64,000 nucleotides of DNA from Octopus vulgaris (Eukaryota): NCBI GenBank assembly GCA_951406725.2, contig OX597831.1, positions 20,956,001 through 21,020,000 on the forward strand, given 5' to 3'. Under the pieces are notes generated by a model. That model was given only the letters and a program-made list of their open reading frames with translations, had not been told where the DNA came from and ran no database searches. The number at the start of each line of letters is the position of its first letter. Positions within the stretch are counted from its first letter, which is position 1. The translations under genes and the position numbers were made by a program. Below, piece after piece: positions 1 through 13,777 of the stretch.

Positions 1-1180
1 TGTTGTACTCTAAGGCCGTTGGGAGTGATTTCTGCCTTTAGATCTCCTTTCAAACATAAATCCATTGGTTGCTGATGTGAGAATTACCAGTGATTTTAGT
101 AGCCTCTAGTGCTATTGTTCAACTCCAGATCATTAACCTTACAAAAGTATTATGGGATATTGTTTAATTAAATATGTACATCTCTGACTTCCCTATCTTC
201 CGAAGTGTTCTAAAGTATTTCTTTATCACTAAGTTCACACATAACATCGACGTATGAAATACTCTCGCCAATTCCAAGACATTTATTCTAAACATTATTT
301 GCGATGAGGTGAGAGTAGACTGGATACCAATATTTATATTCCTTGTCTGGTAAGATCGTCATTACTTAATTGACTACAAAATATGAACACTTATTCTGAC
401 CAAACTCAATTCCTGTTCGTAAGAATCGTGTGAACAGTCATAAATAGTGAGGACTTATTTATTAACGACACCAGTAAATTGTTATGACTGTTGCTTGGTG
501 TGAATATTATTTGAATAATGACCATCGACAAAATATTTTTAGGTAACAAATAATTTTACTCTTTCTTGCTTGTTGCAAAATCAGCGTCAATAATTTTACA
601 CCTGAAACAATTATCATGTACACTATGCGTAAGAGTGGCTGTGTGGTAAGTAGCTTGCTTATCCACCACATGGTTCCGGGTTCAGTCCCACTGCGTGGCA
701 CCTCGGGCTGACCAAAGCCTTGTGAGCGGAGTTGTATGACGAAAACTGAAAGAAGCCCGTCGTATATGTGTATATGTATGTGTGTATATGTTTGTGTGTC
801 TGTATTTGTTTCCCCAACATCGCTTCACAACCGATGATGGTGTGTTTAAGTCCCCGTCACTTAGCGATTCGGCAAAAGAGACCGATAGAATAAGTACTAG
901 GCTTACAAAGAATACGTCCTGTGGTTGATTTGCTCGACTAAAGGCGGTGCTCCAGCATGGCCACAGTCAAATGACTGAAACAAGTAAGAGTAAATGAGTA
1001 AAAGAGTACACTTTCCATTTCCTCAACAAGGTCAACAAGAAGTTCATCACCACCAAAAACACATGCCGTTAGGCTATCACCTTGACATATTTCTTTAAAT
1101 AACGAAATCTACTTGAGATCATATTAGCACCATTATTTGTCATCGATAGCTATATTGAACATGTAAGGCGATCTTTTAAC
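1..1180 (-). pseudogene. Highly decayed R4/Dong-clade non-LTR retrotransposon reverse transcriptase remnant, interrupted by a SINE at 625-1005
   Basis: Manual minus-strand translation gives ICQGDSL (~1070-1095; cf. GIFQGDSLSP), GIEFGQNKCSYFVV (~370-415; cf. GMEFGLDKCA) and KCLGIGESISY (cf. YKYLGI), with many stops and frameshifts. Confidence 0.6.
625..1005 (+). mobile_element. tRNA-derived SINE, family A (bipartite: tRNA-like head + (TA/TG)n linker + 3' module)
   Basis: Head gagtggctgtgtggtaag...ggttcagtccc (A/B-box-like). Tail ends aaacaagtaa(aagagt)n. 7-bp TSD gtacact at 618-624 and 1006-1012. More than 10 homologous copies in the window. Confidence 0.9.
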
Positions 1181-1397
1181 CCCCTTTGTTATCATATTTC
1201 CATTGAAGAAAGCAGAATTTGTTTAAATTTATTTTGAAAATAACGAAGAATGCAGTAAAATAAGTTTGTCATTAATAAGTTGGTATTTCGAACATAACAT
1301 GAACTTCTGATGGAAGGTTCTAATTTGGATTAATTTCAAACAGGAAATTTGAATGAGAGAACGAGGGATGATTACGCGGGTTGCTATCAACAGAATT

Positions 1398-1710
1398 TTT
1401 TGTCGCCCTTTTCAAGCCTAGCCAGGCTCATGGGTCCGGTTTCCCGGTTTCTGTGGCGTATGCCCCCCCCTCCCCCAGCTGGACGGGACGCCAGTCCATC
1501 GCAGCGTTACTCAAGAAACAGGAAGAGAGTGTGAGAGAAAGTTCTGGCGAAAGAGCACAACAGGGGTCGCCATCACCCTCTGCCGGAACCTTGTAGAGCT
1601 TTTAGGTGTTTTTGCTCAATAAACACACACAACGCCCGGTCTAGGAATCGAAACCGCGATCCTTCGACCGCGAGTTCGCTGCCCTAACCAGTGGGCCATT
1701 GCGCCTCTAC
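1398..1710 (-). mobile_element. tRNA-derived SINE, family C, tail type 1 (V-domain-like)
   Basis: Reverse complement of (g)aggcgcaatggcccactggttagggc...gtttcgattcc head. 12-bp TSD atcaacagaatt at 1386-1397 and 1711-1722. Confidence 0.9.
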
Positions 1711-2203
1711 ATCAACAGAATTAACAATGTTAAATATAGATGATGAAACCCGGAAACTTGACAAGTTTTAGGGGCTCTAGTAACCATTAGTAAGGGACAG
1801 AGTCAAACACTTTCTTATACCCTATCCATACAATCAGTAAAGATAGTCTGTAAGGTGTATAGGATCAGTAGTGTTCTGCAATAGCATCGAACTTCTTGAA
1901 AGATAGCCTAATTGTCAAAGCGCTCTCCGGGTCGGCTCCAACTTCCTATCCTACCTCCTTCCAACTCATCAGTTACCACGTCCTTTGTTTCTCGGTGCTC
2001 TTGGAAAGCAAACCCAAACCATATATGTGTAGATTATAACTAACATTTAACAATTCTATAATAGATCTTTGTACTTTGGTTACCCGTGTTGCTCGTGCAA
2101 TTACTAACCACTTTGTTACATCATGTTCAATATCCATTATTCATTTGATGAAGTTGACTAGAGTTTCCTTCTAAAACAGAAGCTTTCTATAATCTCTATA
2201 ATA

Positions 2204-2421
2204 ACCCTTTCTTCTAAAGGCACAAGGCCTGAAATTTGGTGGGAGTAGGACTAGTCGATTACATCGACCCTAATGTTTCACGGGTACTTAAATTATCGAC
2301 CACGAAAGGATGGAACACAATGTCGACCGCGGCGGAATTTGAACTCAGACTGCAGAGACGGACGAAATGCCGCTAAGCATTTCCCCCTGCGTGCTAACGA
2401 TTCTACCAGGTCACCGCCTTT
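2204..2421 (-). mobile_element. tRNA-derived SINE, family B, tail type 2
   Basis: Reverse complement of aaggcgg..ctggtagaatcgttagc...gagttcaaattcc...catcctttcg.ggtcgataa. Near-perfect TSD aatct(c/t)tataata on both sides. Confidence 0.85.
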
Positions 2422-3786
2422 AATCTTTATAATATAACAGATTATCAGATCCCTCGCACAGCTAATTTTCCATTTGGTAGATTTTTAACAATCGTTAAGA
2501 GACCTTCATTGGTGAGGTCATGTATTTTGAGAGAGTGTTTTCACGTGTGCTCACTCCGTACCTCCTTTAAAACTATTTCATCGGAATTTGCTGTTGGTTT
2601 ACACTCTAATTCCACATTCACCTGAAAAAAAAATGACTGAAGATCATCCTCGCAACGTGCCTTTACGTATAACCTGCATGTTGCAATATACGTTTCTCGG
2701 TTGGATGCAAACTTGCCATTGAAACCTATGTGTTCTACCAATTAAGATAATACACCTTCTGACCTACCGTTCACGGTTCGTGGTCATGAAGAGTTAATTT
2801 ACCGCAAGTAACTTACACATTTCTTTTTGTCGCAGCTGGTGGTTTGTAAATTTGTTATTCACATTGTATTTAACGACGGGATCCGATGTTTTTATCGAGT
2901 TTTTCTGTATTTTTTTCTTCTCTTTTGTGAATAAGAGGGGTAATCCATTTTGGTCGTGTATTATAATTTCGATCGATCTCTATTACTCCCAACTGTTTGG
3001 CGAGTGGCAACTGCAATGCAGTAGAGTAAAATATCCAATAAGCAAAACCCTGGGAGCCTTAATTTGTGATTGGTGTTCTTTAGCAGCTTGATTGATCACT
3101 GATAACATCAAGTTAGTAGGTTTTCTATCGAACTCTTATCACAATCATTCTTTCATGTAAAGGTTTGTTGATGGAAACAGCGAAGTTTTAGCTGAATCTT
3201 GCTGCCAGCTGTGTTTTCTGTTGTTTATATTGTTCATTCTTTTCTATCTATTCCTATAGAGCCACTACATAAACCATTTAATGGCGGCAGTCCTGTCTCA
3301 GTCTTATTCTTATGGTTTTCGTTTTGGTCGCAGTTCATATTCTTCGCAATTTTCTTCAGGGGAGATTTTGTTGGTATCTTTGAACTTTCATCTTCTTTAC
3401 AATTTTCGTTGTCGATAATGCTAGGTTGAATAATAAGCTGTTGGTATGTAGTTATGTATGTACGCATGTGTAAATATTTATATATATATGTATATGTGTA
3501 CGTATGTACGTAAGTATGTATATATGTATTTATGTATGTAGGTATGCATGTAGGTATCCATGTATGGGTGCATATATATATATGTGTATATATGTATGCG
3601 TGTGCGACCGTGTGTGCATGTATATATATATATATATATATAATAATATAAATAATATATAAATATATGCATGTATACATACATATATGTACATTTATAT
3701 ATGTATATATATGCAGCTTGGAAAAAGAAGAGACATAGGTAACGTACGAATGTATAAGACGACGTCGATGACGACGAGACACTATG

Positions 3787-3856
<70 letters not shown>

Positions 3857-3985
3857 AACAAGAAAATATCAATGAAGGACATGATGGAAAAATGCATAAA
3901 TATTGCTCTCTTGGTGTCAGATACTTGCTGAAGTCTGTCTCTCATTCTACAAACCATCTTCTCTCTCTGTCTCTCTCTCACACTT

Positions 3986-4023
<38 letters not shown>

Positions 4024-4262
4024 TACCAACTGTTCGCCTACCTATCTACCTGTCTATCTATAAATTTAACTTTCATTCTGTCAATCATGTGTATATTCTA
4101 ATGCATTCAATTTGCAGTTCTCCAAGACACATTTCAAAGTTATAAAGGCAGGTTCCGTATTTCATATATTTACAATACTTCGGTCACACAACCACACGTA
4201 CACACACACATACACACACACACAGACACACACACGCACACACACACACATTTACACGCACG

Positions 4263-4298
<36 letters not shown>

Positions 4299-4478
4299 TA
4301 TGCATAAAAAATTCTTTTGGCAGCATGTAAATCATTCATTCCTTGGTCTCACCTTTTTTTTTTTTTCAAAGAATTCATAACGGACGGAAATGGTTCCAAA
4401 ACCTAAATTTATTTATAATTTTTTGCTTGTGGCAACACATTAACACATCACGTGAAATTTGTCTGAATTGTTTTCAAG

Positions 4479-5093
<615 letters not shown>

Positions 5094-5421
5094 CAATATA
5101 TGTACTTAGAGTACTACTGCGTCTGTCAGAAATTGGTTACTGGTGAATATTTATAGACCACGTGGGTTTCTTCCCTTCCTAACTTGTCAGTTTAGCATAT
5201 AAAGTAATGCTTTTTGTGTTATAGTTATCTCCATGTCCAACTTTCCATCAGTACGTCAAATATGTTATTGGTTTATGGAATATGGGCATACACAGACACA
5301 CACAGACAAACGCACACGTACACACACACGTACACAAACACGTACACACACATGTACACACACACCGCATATGGATAGATAGATATTTATATGTATATGT
5401 ATATAATGCGAATGCTATGAT

Positions 5422-5453
<32 letters not shown>

Positions 5454-5565
5454 CATACGTGTGCGTTTGTCTGTATCTGTGTGTGTCTGTGTATATACAT
5501 ACATACATACATATATAATTACACACACACACATATATATAATTATACATATATATATGCATGTA

Positions 5566-5635
<70 letters not shown>

Positions 5636-5958
5636 CGTGTATAAGTGTACGTTTATGGGTATATGTGTGTTTGTGTATCTATCTATCTATCTATCTATCT
5701 AGATAGATAGATAGATAGGTAGATTGATACATGCATACCTACCTACATACCTATATAATCGACATGCACGTGTAAATGTACCTACACAGATTTAATTTAC
5801 TAAGGACAGGTGTTATATTTACAGTGATTAAGATGTACACGAATTGATAGAATAGTGTGAAAGAGAGCAGTATAACCTCAATGCATAAAAAGACGTTTGA
5901 AATACAAAAAAAAAAAAACATGTTACATTAACACAACTGTAGTAGTATACAAATATAA

Positions 5959-6109
5959 TGGCAGTGTGGTAAGCAGCTTGCTTACCAATCACATAGTCTC
6001 GGGTTTAGTCCCACTGCATGCCACCTCGGGCAAGTGTCTTCTACTATAACCTACGGCCGACTAAACTCTTGTGAGTGGATTGCTAGACGGAAACTGAATG
6101 AAGCCCGTC

Positions 6110-6194
<85 letters not shown>

Positions 6195-6454
6195 GAGGCA
6201 CAATGGCCCAGTGGTTAGGGCAGCGTACTCGCGGTTTCGATTCCCAGACCAGGCGTTGTGAGTGTTTATTGAGCGACAACACCTAAATCTCCACGAGGCT
6301 ATAGTCTTTCACCACAACTTTCACTCACTCTTTCTTCTGTTGGCCTGCTCGCTTAGCCAGCGGGGTGGCGTTATTTGGAGGCTAAAACAATGCGAAGCGC
6401 ATTGTGACCAGCGATGTGTAGCTACATCTGATAGCCTGGTCGGTCACGGTGATC

Positions 6455-6521
<67 letters not shown>

Positions 6522-6728
6522 CGTGCGTTTGTCTGTGTTTGTCCCCCTACTATCGCTTGACAACCGATACTGGTGTGTTTACATCCTAGTAATATAGGAG
6601 TTCGGCAACAGACACCGACAGCATAGGTTCTAGGCTTACAAAGAATGAGTTCTGGGGTCGATTTGTTGGACTAAACTCGGAGCTCCAGCATGGCCGCTGT
6701 CAAGTCACTGGTACAAAAAAAAAAGAGT
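5959..6728 (+). mobile_element. SINE family A with a family C SINE nested in its central microsatellite
   Basis: A head 5959-6110, (TA)n(TG)n, C element 6193-6455, (TA)n(TG)n again, A tail 6525-6728. Confidence 0.85.
6193..6455 (+). mobile_element. SINE family C, tail type 2
   Basis: ggaggcacaatggcccagtggttaggg head. Tail ...acatctgatagcctggtcggtcacggtgatc matches the 60481-60791 copy. Confidence 0.85.
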
Positions 6729-6955
6729 ATAATAACCGCACTAACACTAAAATTATGAAATGATTTGGTTTTACCCACCATTTAGTATTACAGTCTAGGT
6801 ATTTTAGACGCTTCATCTGTTATTGCTGGAACCTTTCTTGTAATGATAAGATCCTTGCCTTCAAATATCGGAAGACGTTTAAAAGAAGCAATGCATATCG
6901 ATTCGCTAGCAAACTATTTGTGCTACGGTGCTCCTAATGCTTCATATGGATAATT

Positions 6956-7191
6956 ACCTATTTCTTTACTACCCACAAGGGGCTAAACAAAGAGAGGACA
7001 AACAAGGACGGACAAACGGATTAAGTCGATCATATCGACCCCAGTGCGTAACTGGTACTTATTTAATCGACCCCGAAAGGATGAAAGGCAAAGTCGACCT
7101 CGGCGGAATTTGAACTCAGAACGTAGCGACAGATGAAATACTGATGAGCATTTCGCCCGACGTGCTAACGATTCTGCCAGCTCGCCGCCTT
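6956..7191 (-). mobile_element. SINE family B, tail type 1
   Basis: Full-length reverse-complement match to the copies at 48487-48719 and 59668-59895. Confidence 0.9.
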
Positions 7192-7666
7192 TTAGTCAAT
7201 TACCGTTGACTAACGACAGTACTATTATGTTGATGACGGACATACCTTTCTTTCAAATGATTTCATGCTTTGTTTTTTTGGTATAACTTGCCATATTTGT
7301 AAGGATGTTGGGCTTACACATGTAAGACCTCGTCTTTAAACCTTTTCTTTTGCGTTTGTTTTAAGAAGCTAGTAACAGCGAAACTTGGAAGTCAGCAGTC
7401 ACTATTTGCGATAAAATTATTATTAATAAATATTCTATTGATAATACAACCTTCAGTGGTTTGGTCTTCATACTCAGAATACTATGAAACTAGACCTTAT
7501 TTATGTATCTAGCTGTTACTGAATCGTTCTTCATATCTATCTATCTATCTATCTATCTTTTTTTTTTGTATGTGCCGCCCATCCCACCTCGAAAAGAAAA
7601 AAACTCTACATTGTATTTCGTCCATTTTTATTCTGTGTTTAGCCCTGTGTGGCCACAATAAAAAAG

Positions 7667-7745
<79 letters not shown>

Positions 7746-7772
7746 ACTCTCTGTCTATCTATCTATCTCTCC

Positions 7773-7841
<69 letters not shown>

Positions 7842-8489
7842 CCTATCAATCTATCAGTCTGTCTCTCTATATATCTGTATATCTGCCTGTCTGTCTGTCT
7901 GTCAGTCTATCTACCTGTCTGTCTGTCTGTCTGTCTATCTATCGATCCATCTATCTACCAATGAGCATGTTTCTTTCAGTTCATCACTAAATCTATCAAG
8001 ATTGATCTATCTAAATTTTTTATCTTACTTTTTTTTTGTTCCATCACCAGGTTTACCAACTTTATTCGATGGAACACGTAAATAAAATTAAAAGGCCAAG
8101 CCATCTACCACAAATGAAAAGGAAAACAAAAGCACCAGTAACATATGTTAAATTGAAATCTCGAAGCAGTGAGTTATCAGATTAATTCTCTTTCATGCTA
8201 ATGTATTCCTATTGTGAAATTAAATGACATTATGTGAAAATGAAATTTCGTGATTGCAGCCTAAACTGTATAATGCAATAAATGTTTAGATGTTTTAAAA
8301 TTTTTACTCAAGCAAAGGGCAGACAATGTGTTCCATTCGTTGCGCAGCAATTAATTGCATAAACCTTGGGGGTAACAAGTCAAACTTTTTGTATAAAAAT
8401 GACAACAATAACAATGACAAGAACAACAGCTTTTTGTAATAATAGTAGATATGGTAGCAGTATTAGTAGTAAAAAGTGAAGAACAACAA

Positions 8490-8551
8490 CAACATTAATA
8501 ATGTTAATAATAATAATAATAATAATAATTATAAAGTTAAAAATAATAATA

Positions 8552-8624
<73 letters not shown>

Positions 8625-8683
8625 TAATAATGATAGTAATAATAATAATATAAATAATAATAATAATAATGTTAATAATGATG

Positions 8684-8719
<36 letters not shown>

Positions 8720-8748
8720 TTAATAATAATAATAATGTTAATAATAAT
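8490..8748. repeat. (AAT)n microsatellite array hosting element D
   Basis: Direct inspection. The array resumes at 9304 and is followed by (TAC)n. Confidence 0.9.
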
Positions 8749-9303
8749 GGCCCTGATGCAGTACCAGGCAGTGGGTCTCATGGCTTCTGATCTTAACTGA
8801 TTGGAAGTGTTATCATGTACATTGTTTTGTCTTGGTATAAAAGATGGGCTACAGCAAATATTCTGCTCAATACCACAGATTTGCTTGTCAGTTGTTTGAC
8901 CTTAACCAGTTGAGCATGTCCCTTAGTGGCTGACGATATGTGCATCTCTGATCACGAGCAGAAGTAGTGGGGGAGCATCATGGCCATGTGTTGAGAGGGA
9001 TTCTTTGGAGTTTGAATGGTTCACCTCTGGAAACATAGGTGTTTCGTTCAACATCCTAAAGCAACCCTTATTCAGGGACCGTTTGAGCAGGATGGGCTAC
9101 TCAACCTGAAGGAAATTCTAACTGGGCCCCACCTGCAAGGTCATGTGCTGTTTATCTTGATAGGAGATCACCATGTCGCGCACATATGGTTGTGATACAT
9201 GTGCCTGGTGTACCTTTATCAGACGGGTAGTCATGATGGGTATATTGGGCTTCGTATATTTTACCCCAGTGTCACTTTGATGGCATGAACTGCTCTCTCA
9301 CTC
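8749..9303 (+). mobile_element. Element D: ~555-bp non-coding interspersed repeat inserted in (AAT)n
   Basis: Closely similar inverted copy at 25967-26512 and partial copies at 30190-30790. The two full copies are flanked by (AAT)n. No long ORF and no obvious tRNA head. Strand assigned from the fixed ...ctcactc(aat)n end. Confidence 0.85.
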
Positions 9304-9334
9304 AATAATAATAATAATAATAATGTTAATAATA

Positions 9335-9376
<42 letters not shown>

Positions 9377-9410
9377 TTAATATTAATAATAATGTTAATA
9401 ATAAAATTAT

Positions 9411-9484
<74 letters not shown>

Positions 9485-9504
9485 ATAATAATAATAATAA
9501 TAAT

Positions 9505-9985
9505 AATGCTTTCATTTAATTGCCAAAAGGGTGAAGGATGTGAGAGACAATACAAAGACAGACAAAGTGCAGGAGTTTACATATAATGAAATGATAAAAA
9601 AAGACGGCAGAAAGAAAGAATTTATGTATACACGGTACACACTGAAAAAGAAGGGACATATATATGCATAGCATACAAAGCTTTAAAAGGAATGGGAGAG
9701 GATGATGAGAGAGATTTGGTCCTCTAGGGATAATGGAAGAGCCCTACTCTCTGAGATTTCCCTGAAACCCCAGGAGTAAGTCCTCTCCAATTCCTTCTCT
9801 CCGACTCAAAGGTCTACACTTAGAGAGGTACCACCCACTCTTTGCCTTATTCTCAACTTTCACGCATTTTCCAATAAACTCACTCGAGGACATTACTTCC
9901 CTCTCCACTCTCAATTTTCCATTCAAATGGAACTTGAAGAGGTTAATAAGAACTATACCAAAGAGGAATGTAGAGAGCTCTAACA
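9505..9985 (-). mobile_element. 3' fragment of a LINE (L1/Tx1-like ORF2 C-terminus + 3' UTR)
   Basis: ORF 9744-9986 (LINLFKFHLNGKLRVEREVMSSSEFIGKCVKV) resembles Tx1/L1 ORF2 C-termini. It is followed by a T-rich 3' UTR ending ...aatgaaagc(att)n. Confidence 0.5.
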
Positions 9986-10129
9986 CACCAATTACACAGT
10001 AAGTACGTAAATTGAATAATTACCTATACGAGCAACTGTCCATACATCTATGTGCACAGGTTAATATTTACAAGCAACATAAATAATGCATACACCACAC
10101 AAGTACACACGCAGAAAATAAAAGAAAAG

Positions 10130-12200
10130 CAAGTGTCACGAGTGACGCCGAACCAAACAAAAACAAAGCGACTTCCCACAAGCGAATATGAAAAGAAGCA
10201 AACTAGTCACTCAGCTTAAAACATCACACAATAGTTATGCCCGGAAACATAGCTATCATGAAAAAAAAAATAGAGGCGATTTTTGCTCTATCAGCCTACG
10301 ATATGACAAATATATCTATTCGAAGTGCAAGAGAGCGGTGTCATGTCAAAAAGTCAACCCTGAACAAATAGATCCGTCTCCTATTGTCACCGTCAATGCT
10401 TTAATGACAAGCCAAAACTCATGCCAGATCAGTCATCGCCTGGGGCAACAAAGCCAGCGTTACCCACTGGAGAACCAGACCAGGGTGGAAAAATCTGCTG
10501 CTGGAATAAAGTCCGAAAAAAAAAAAACTACCAGGTAACCAGAACCAGGATAACCCTAACCCTAAACCATCAAAAACACCACCTAAAGCAAAACATATAA
10601 AATGGACTAGAGAGGATTCTAGAGATGTGTTGAAAGCTTTCTATACATCCCAACTAAACCCAAACAATAATGTTATTGTACAAACATGCACTTTATGGAT
10701 AACTTAGTAGGCAACAAAGTATGGAAATATATACTCTTTTACTTGTTTAAGTCATTTGACTGCGGCCATGCTGGAGCACCGCCTTTAGTCGAGCAAATCG
10801 AACCCCGGGACTTATTCTTTGTAAGCCCAGTACTTATTCTATCGGGCTCTTTTGCCAAACCGCTAAGTGACGGGGACGTAAACACACCAGCATCGGTTGT
10901 CAAGCAATGCTCGGGTGACAAACACACACACACTTATAAAATATATACATATATACGACAGGCTTCTTTCAGTTTCCGTCTACGAAATCCACTCACAAGG
11001 CTTTGGTCGGCCCGGGGCTATAGCAGAAGACACTTGCCCAAGATGTCACGCAGTGGGACTGAACCCGGAACCATGTGGTTGGTTAGCAAGCTACTTACCA
11101 CACAGCCACTCCTGCAGATAAATTAGTCGCAGATAAATTAAATAATGTATGTAAAAATGTCATGAAGAGTAAATGGTTAACTGACGCAGAAATTAGCCAA
11201 ATTAATACATAAATATCTCTATAAAATGTTTGATAAAAATATAAATCATCTCTTTTACTTGCATGATTTAAAGCTCTTTGCAAAAAATGGCCAACAACTA
11301 CAGTTGTTAAACAGTTCAGTGATGACATCCGGATGCAATCTGGCCTAAACAAATGTGCAAAAGCTACCTTTGTCAGATGACAAAATGAGAAAAACCTCCA
11401 ACATTAATCTTGACCACCAAAACGTCATAAAGGAGTTAGAACCAGCAGAGTGCTATAAATACGTAAGGGTATTTGAAGGTGATAGAATAAAACATTCAAT
11501 GATGAGGGAAAGGATAAGAAAAGAATGTTATCGCAGGGTAGGGGGAATACTCAAGACAGAGCTGAACGCAAGAAACAGGATCGAAGCGATCAATACTTTA
11601 GCCTTACCGGTCGTGACTTATAGTTTCAATATTATTAACTGGTCAATTACTAAATTATGTAATCTTGACAGAAAATACGAAAATTGTTGACAATGCATAG
11701 AATGCACCACCCTAAGGCAGATATAGAACGACTTTACCTGCCATGAAAAGAGGGTGGTCGTGGACTTTTACAACTGGAATTAACAATGAAGTTTGCCACA
11801 ATTGGCCTAAACACCTACCTAAAAAACTCTGATGACTGGATGTTAAAACTTGTCTTAAAGCATGAAAACAAAAAAAAAACATCATACACAGTACAAAACA
11901 AAAGAAATATCTAAGTGAATTCCAAATACAACAAACCCCAGAATTAGACGTACTGGAAACAAGCACAGAAAAACTAAGCGTACGAAAACCCGTACTAAAT
12001 CTGCTGCCTTAGATATTCTTACAGATAAATGGCAAACAAAACGTCTCGACAGCAAATACCCGAAGAGAGCTAATAATACCGATGCTGACAAAGCCCATAC
12101 CCACCAATCGTTAGTGTCTTCTGGCTTAAAATCAGAGACGGAAGGGTTTTTCATAGCAGCCCAAGATCAATGACCTACATAAAAGGAGCTACCAAGCACT
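10130..12200 (+). pseudogene. Internally deleted, decayed R4/Dong-clade non-LTR retrotransposon
   Basis: N-terminal motifs KHIKWTREDSRDVLKAFY (~10590-10645) and KSKWLTDAEI (~11165-11200). Then RT DLKLFAK, CYKYVRVFEGD, KECYRRVGGILKTELNARNRIEAINTLALPVVTYSF, HHPKADIERLYLP..GGRG and GLKSETEGFFIAAQDQ. Interrupted by a SINE at 10732-11116. 5' boundary approximate. Confidence 0.85.
10732..11116 (-). mobile_element. SINE family A
   Basis: Full reverse-complement match to the family A consensus. Confidence 0.9.
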
Positions 12201-12922
12201 TTTGTTTATATCACTCTCGCAGTGGGTATAAATCCCCTTCATCCCCAGCGCCAAGACCACAAGTTCACGTGATTTCGACCTTCCTTCATCACGTCAGTGA
12301 TGGATGCTCGAACACTAGAAATAGCAAAGACTCTTCTCTCCGATAGCGACGTATAGTTGATTTTTTTGTTGTTAACGTCATTTAGTAAGATTATTTGTGA
12401 GTCTAATTTAGTCTTTTTAAAAGTTTCTCTTCATCAAACAAAGCAAAAAGAGGAAAAAAAAATTAAGATTCATGTGAAGAAATTTATTATGAATCATGCT
12501 GAAGACATTGAACAAAACATGAAAAGCTAGAAGGGAAGAAAGAATGGAAAGAAGACAGAAAAAAAAACGTTAGGAGTGAAAGAAAGAAAGATATACACGG
12601 AGAAGGAAATGTAACAAGTATACAATTATCATGGTGATGATGGTGATGACGGTGATGAAGGTGAGAATGACGATGATGATGCAGATCTTGATAAAGATGA
12701 TCATGGTGATTATGATAAAAATGATAATGAAGATGGTGAAGATGATGATGTTGATAATGATGATACTGATGATAATGCTGCTGCTGCTGCTGCTGCTGTT
12801 GACGATGATGACGGTGATGATGATGATGATGATGATGAGGAGGATAATCTTAGATATGACATTCGCGTCAATGCTGAATCCAAGTCATTTGAACTCAGAA
12901 TGTAAACAGCCACGATTGAATA

Positions 12923-13455
12923 CACGGCAATCCCTCGCCATATCGCGGTTCGCTTATCTCGTGCTCAGAACATCGCGGTTCACCTATCGCGCACTCATTA
13001 CATCACATCACAGATTTTTCTGGCTAATATATGGAAATTTATATCGCGGACTCCTCATATATCGCGGGTTTCTGCGGCCGATTAGTATTTATATTGTCTT
13101 AGCTTTTAATTATTTCTGTGGTAAGATAAACATTTTCACGCCTAAAAATTAATAAATTAATAACTAAAGACAGTGTACAGTACTGCATTGTATAGCGTAT
13201 TAATTAAAATATATCAAAAGAAAATACGTAGTGTACTGTAGATGAGAAAACAAAGAATCGCACATATTGTCTGCAAAATGAAATTCGGGAGGAGAGTGTG
13301 TGGTGTTGTTTTGCATTTGTGTGTAAAATAAATATATACAAATTCTAAAAAGTGATTAAAAAAATATATAGTACAGTACTGTTTCTATTTCGCGGATTTT
13401 CACCTATCGCGGAAGGTTTTGTATCATAACACCCGCGATAGTCGAGGTATTGCTG
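12923..13455. mobile_element. Tc1/pogo (Tigger-like) non-autonomous DNA transposon (MITE)
   Basis: Imperfect TIRs ta-cacggcaatccctcgccatatcgcgg / ccgcgatagtcgaggtattgctg-ta, TA flanks, repeated subterminal atcgcgg motifs and an AT-rich core. Confidence 0.75.
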
Positions 13456-13470
13456 TATTCCAAGTATTTT

Positions 13471-13777
13471 ATCGGAGGCGCAATGGCCCAGTGGTTAGAA
13501 CAGCGGACACGCAGTCGGAGAATCGCGGTTTCGATTCCCAGACCAGGCGTTGTGTGTGTTTATTGAGCGAAAACACCTAAAAGCTCCACGAGGGGGTGGT
13601 GGCGACCCCTGTTGTACTCTTTCGCCACAACTTTCTTTCACTCTCTCTTCCTGTTTCTTGAGTAATGCTGCGATGGACTGGCATCCCGTCCAGCTCGTGG
13701 GTGGGATACATACGCCACAGAAACCGGGAAACCGGGCCCATGAGTCTGGCTAGACTTGAAAAGGGCGAAGAAAGAAG
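13471..13777 (+). mobile_element. SINE family C, tail type 1 (V-domain-like)
   Basis: tRNA-like head, ctgcgatggactggcatcccgtccag motif, TSD aagtatttt at 13462-13470 and 13778-13786. Confidence 0.9.

Noticed and set aside
507-701. Recurrent peptide MPRSGTEPGTMW..SKLLTTQPL in many ORFs
   Set aside because: It is the antisense translation of the SINE A head, not a protein family.
7141-7148. ctgatgag hammerhead-like core
   Set aside because: It arises by point mutation in a SINE B (consensus ccgctaag). No stems or downstream GAAA-UH. Similar isolated cores at ~29750, ~39086 and ~45136 were also rejected.
10550-10568. taaccctaaccctaa telomere-like repeat
   Set aside because: Only about 2.5 units, lying within the R4 N-terminal coding region.
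13474-13550. tRNA-like sequence at SINE C (and A/B) heads
   Set aside because: No complete cloverleaf or acceptor stem, and the sequence continues into SINE bodies with TSDs, so these are not tRNA genes.
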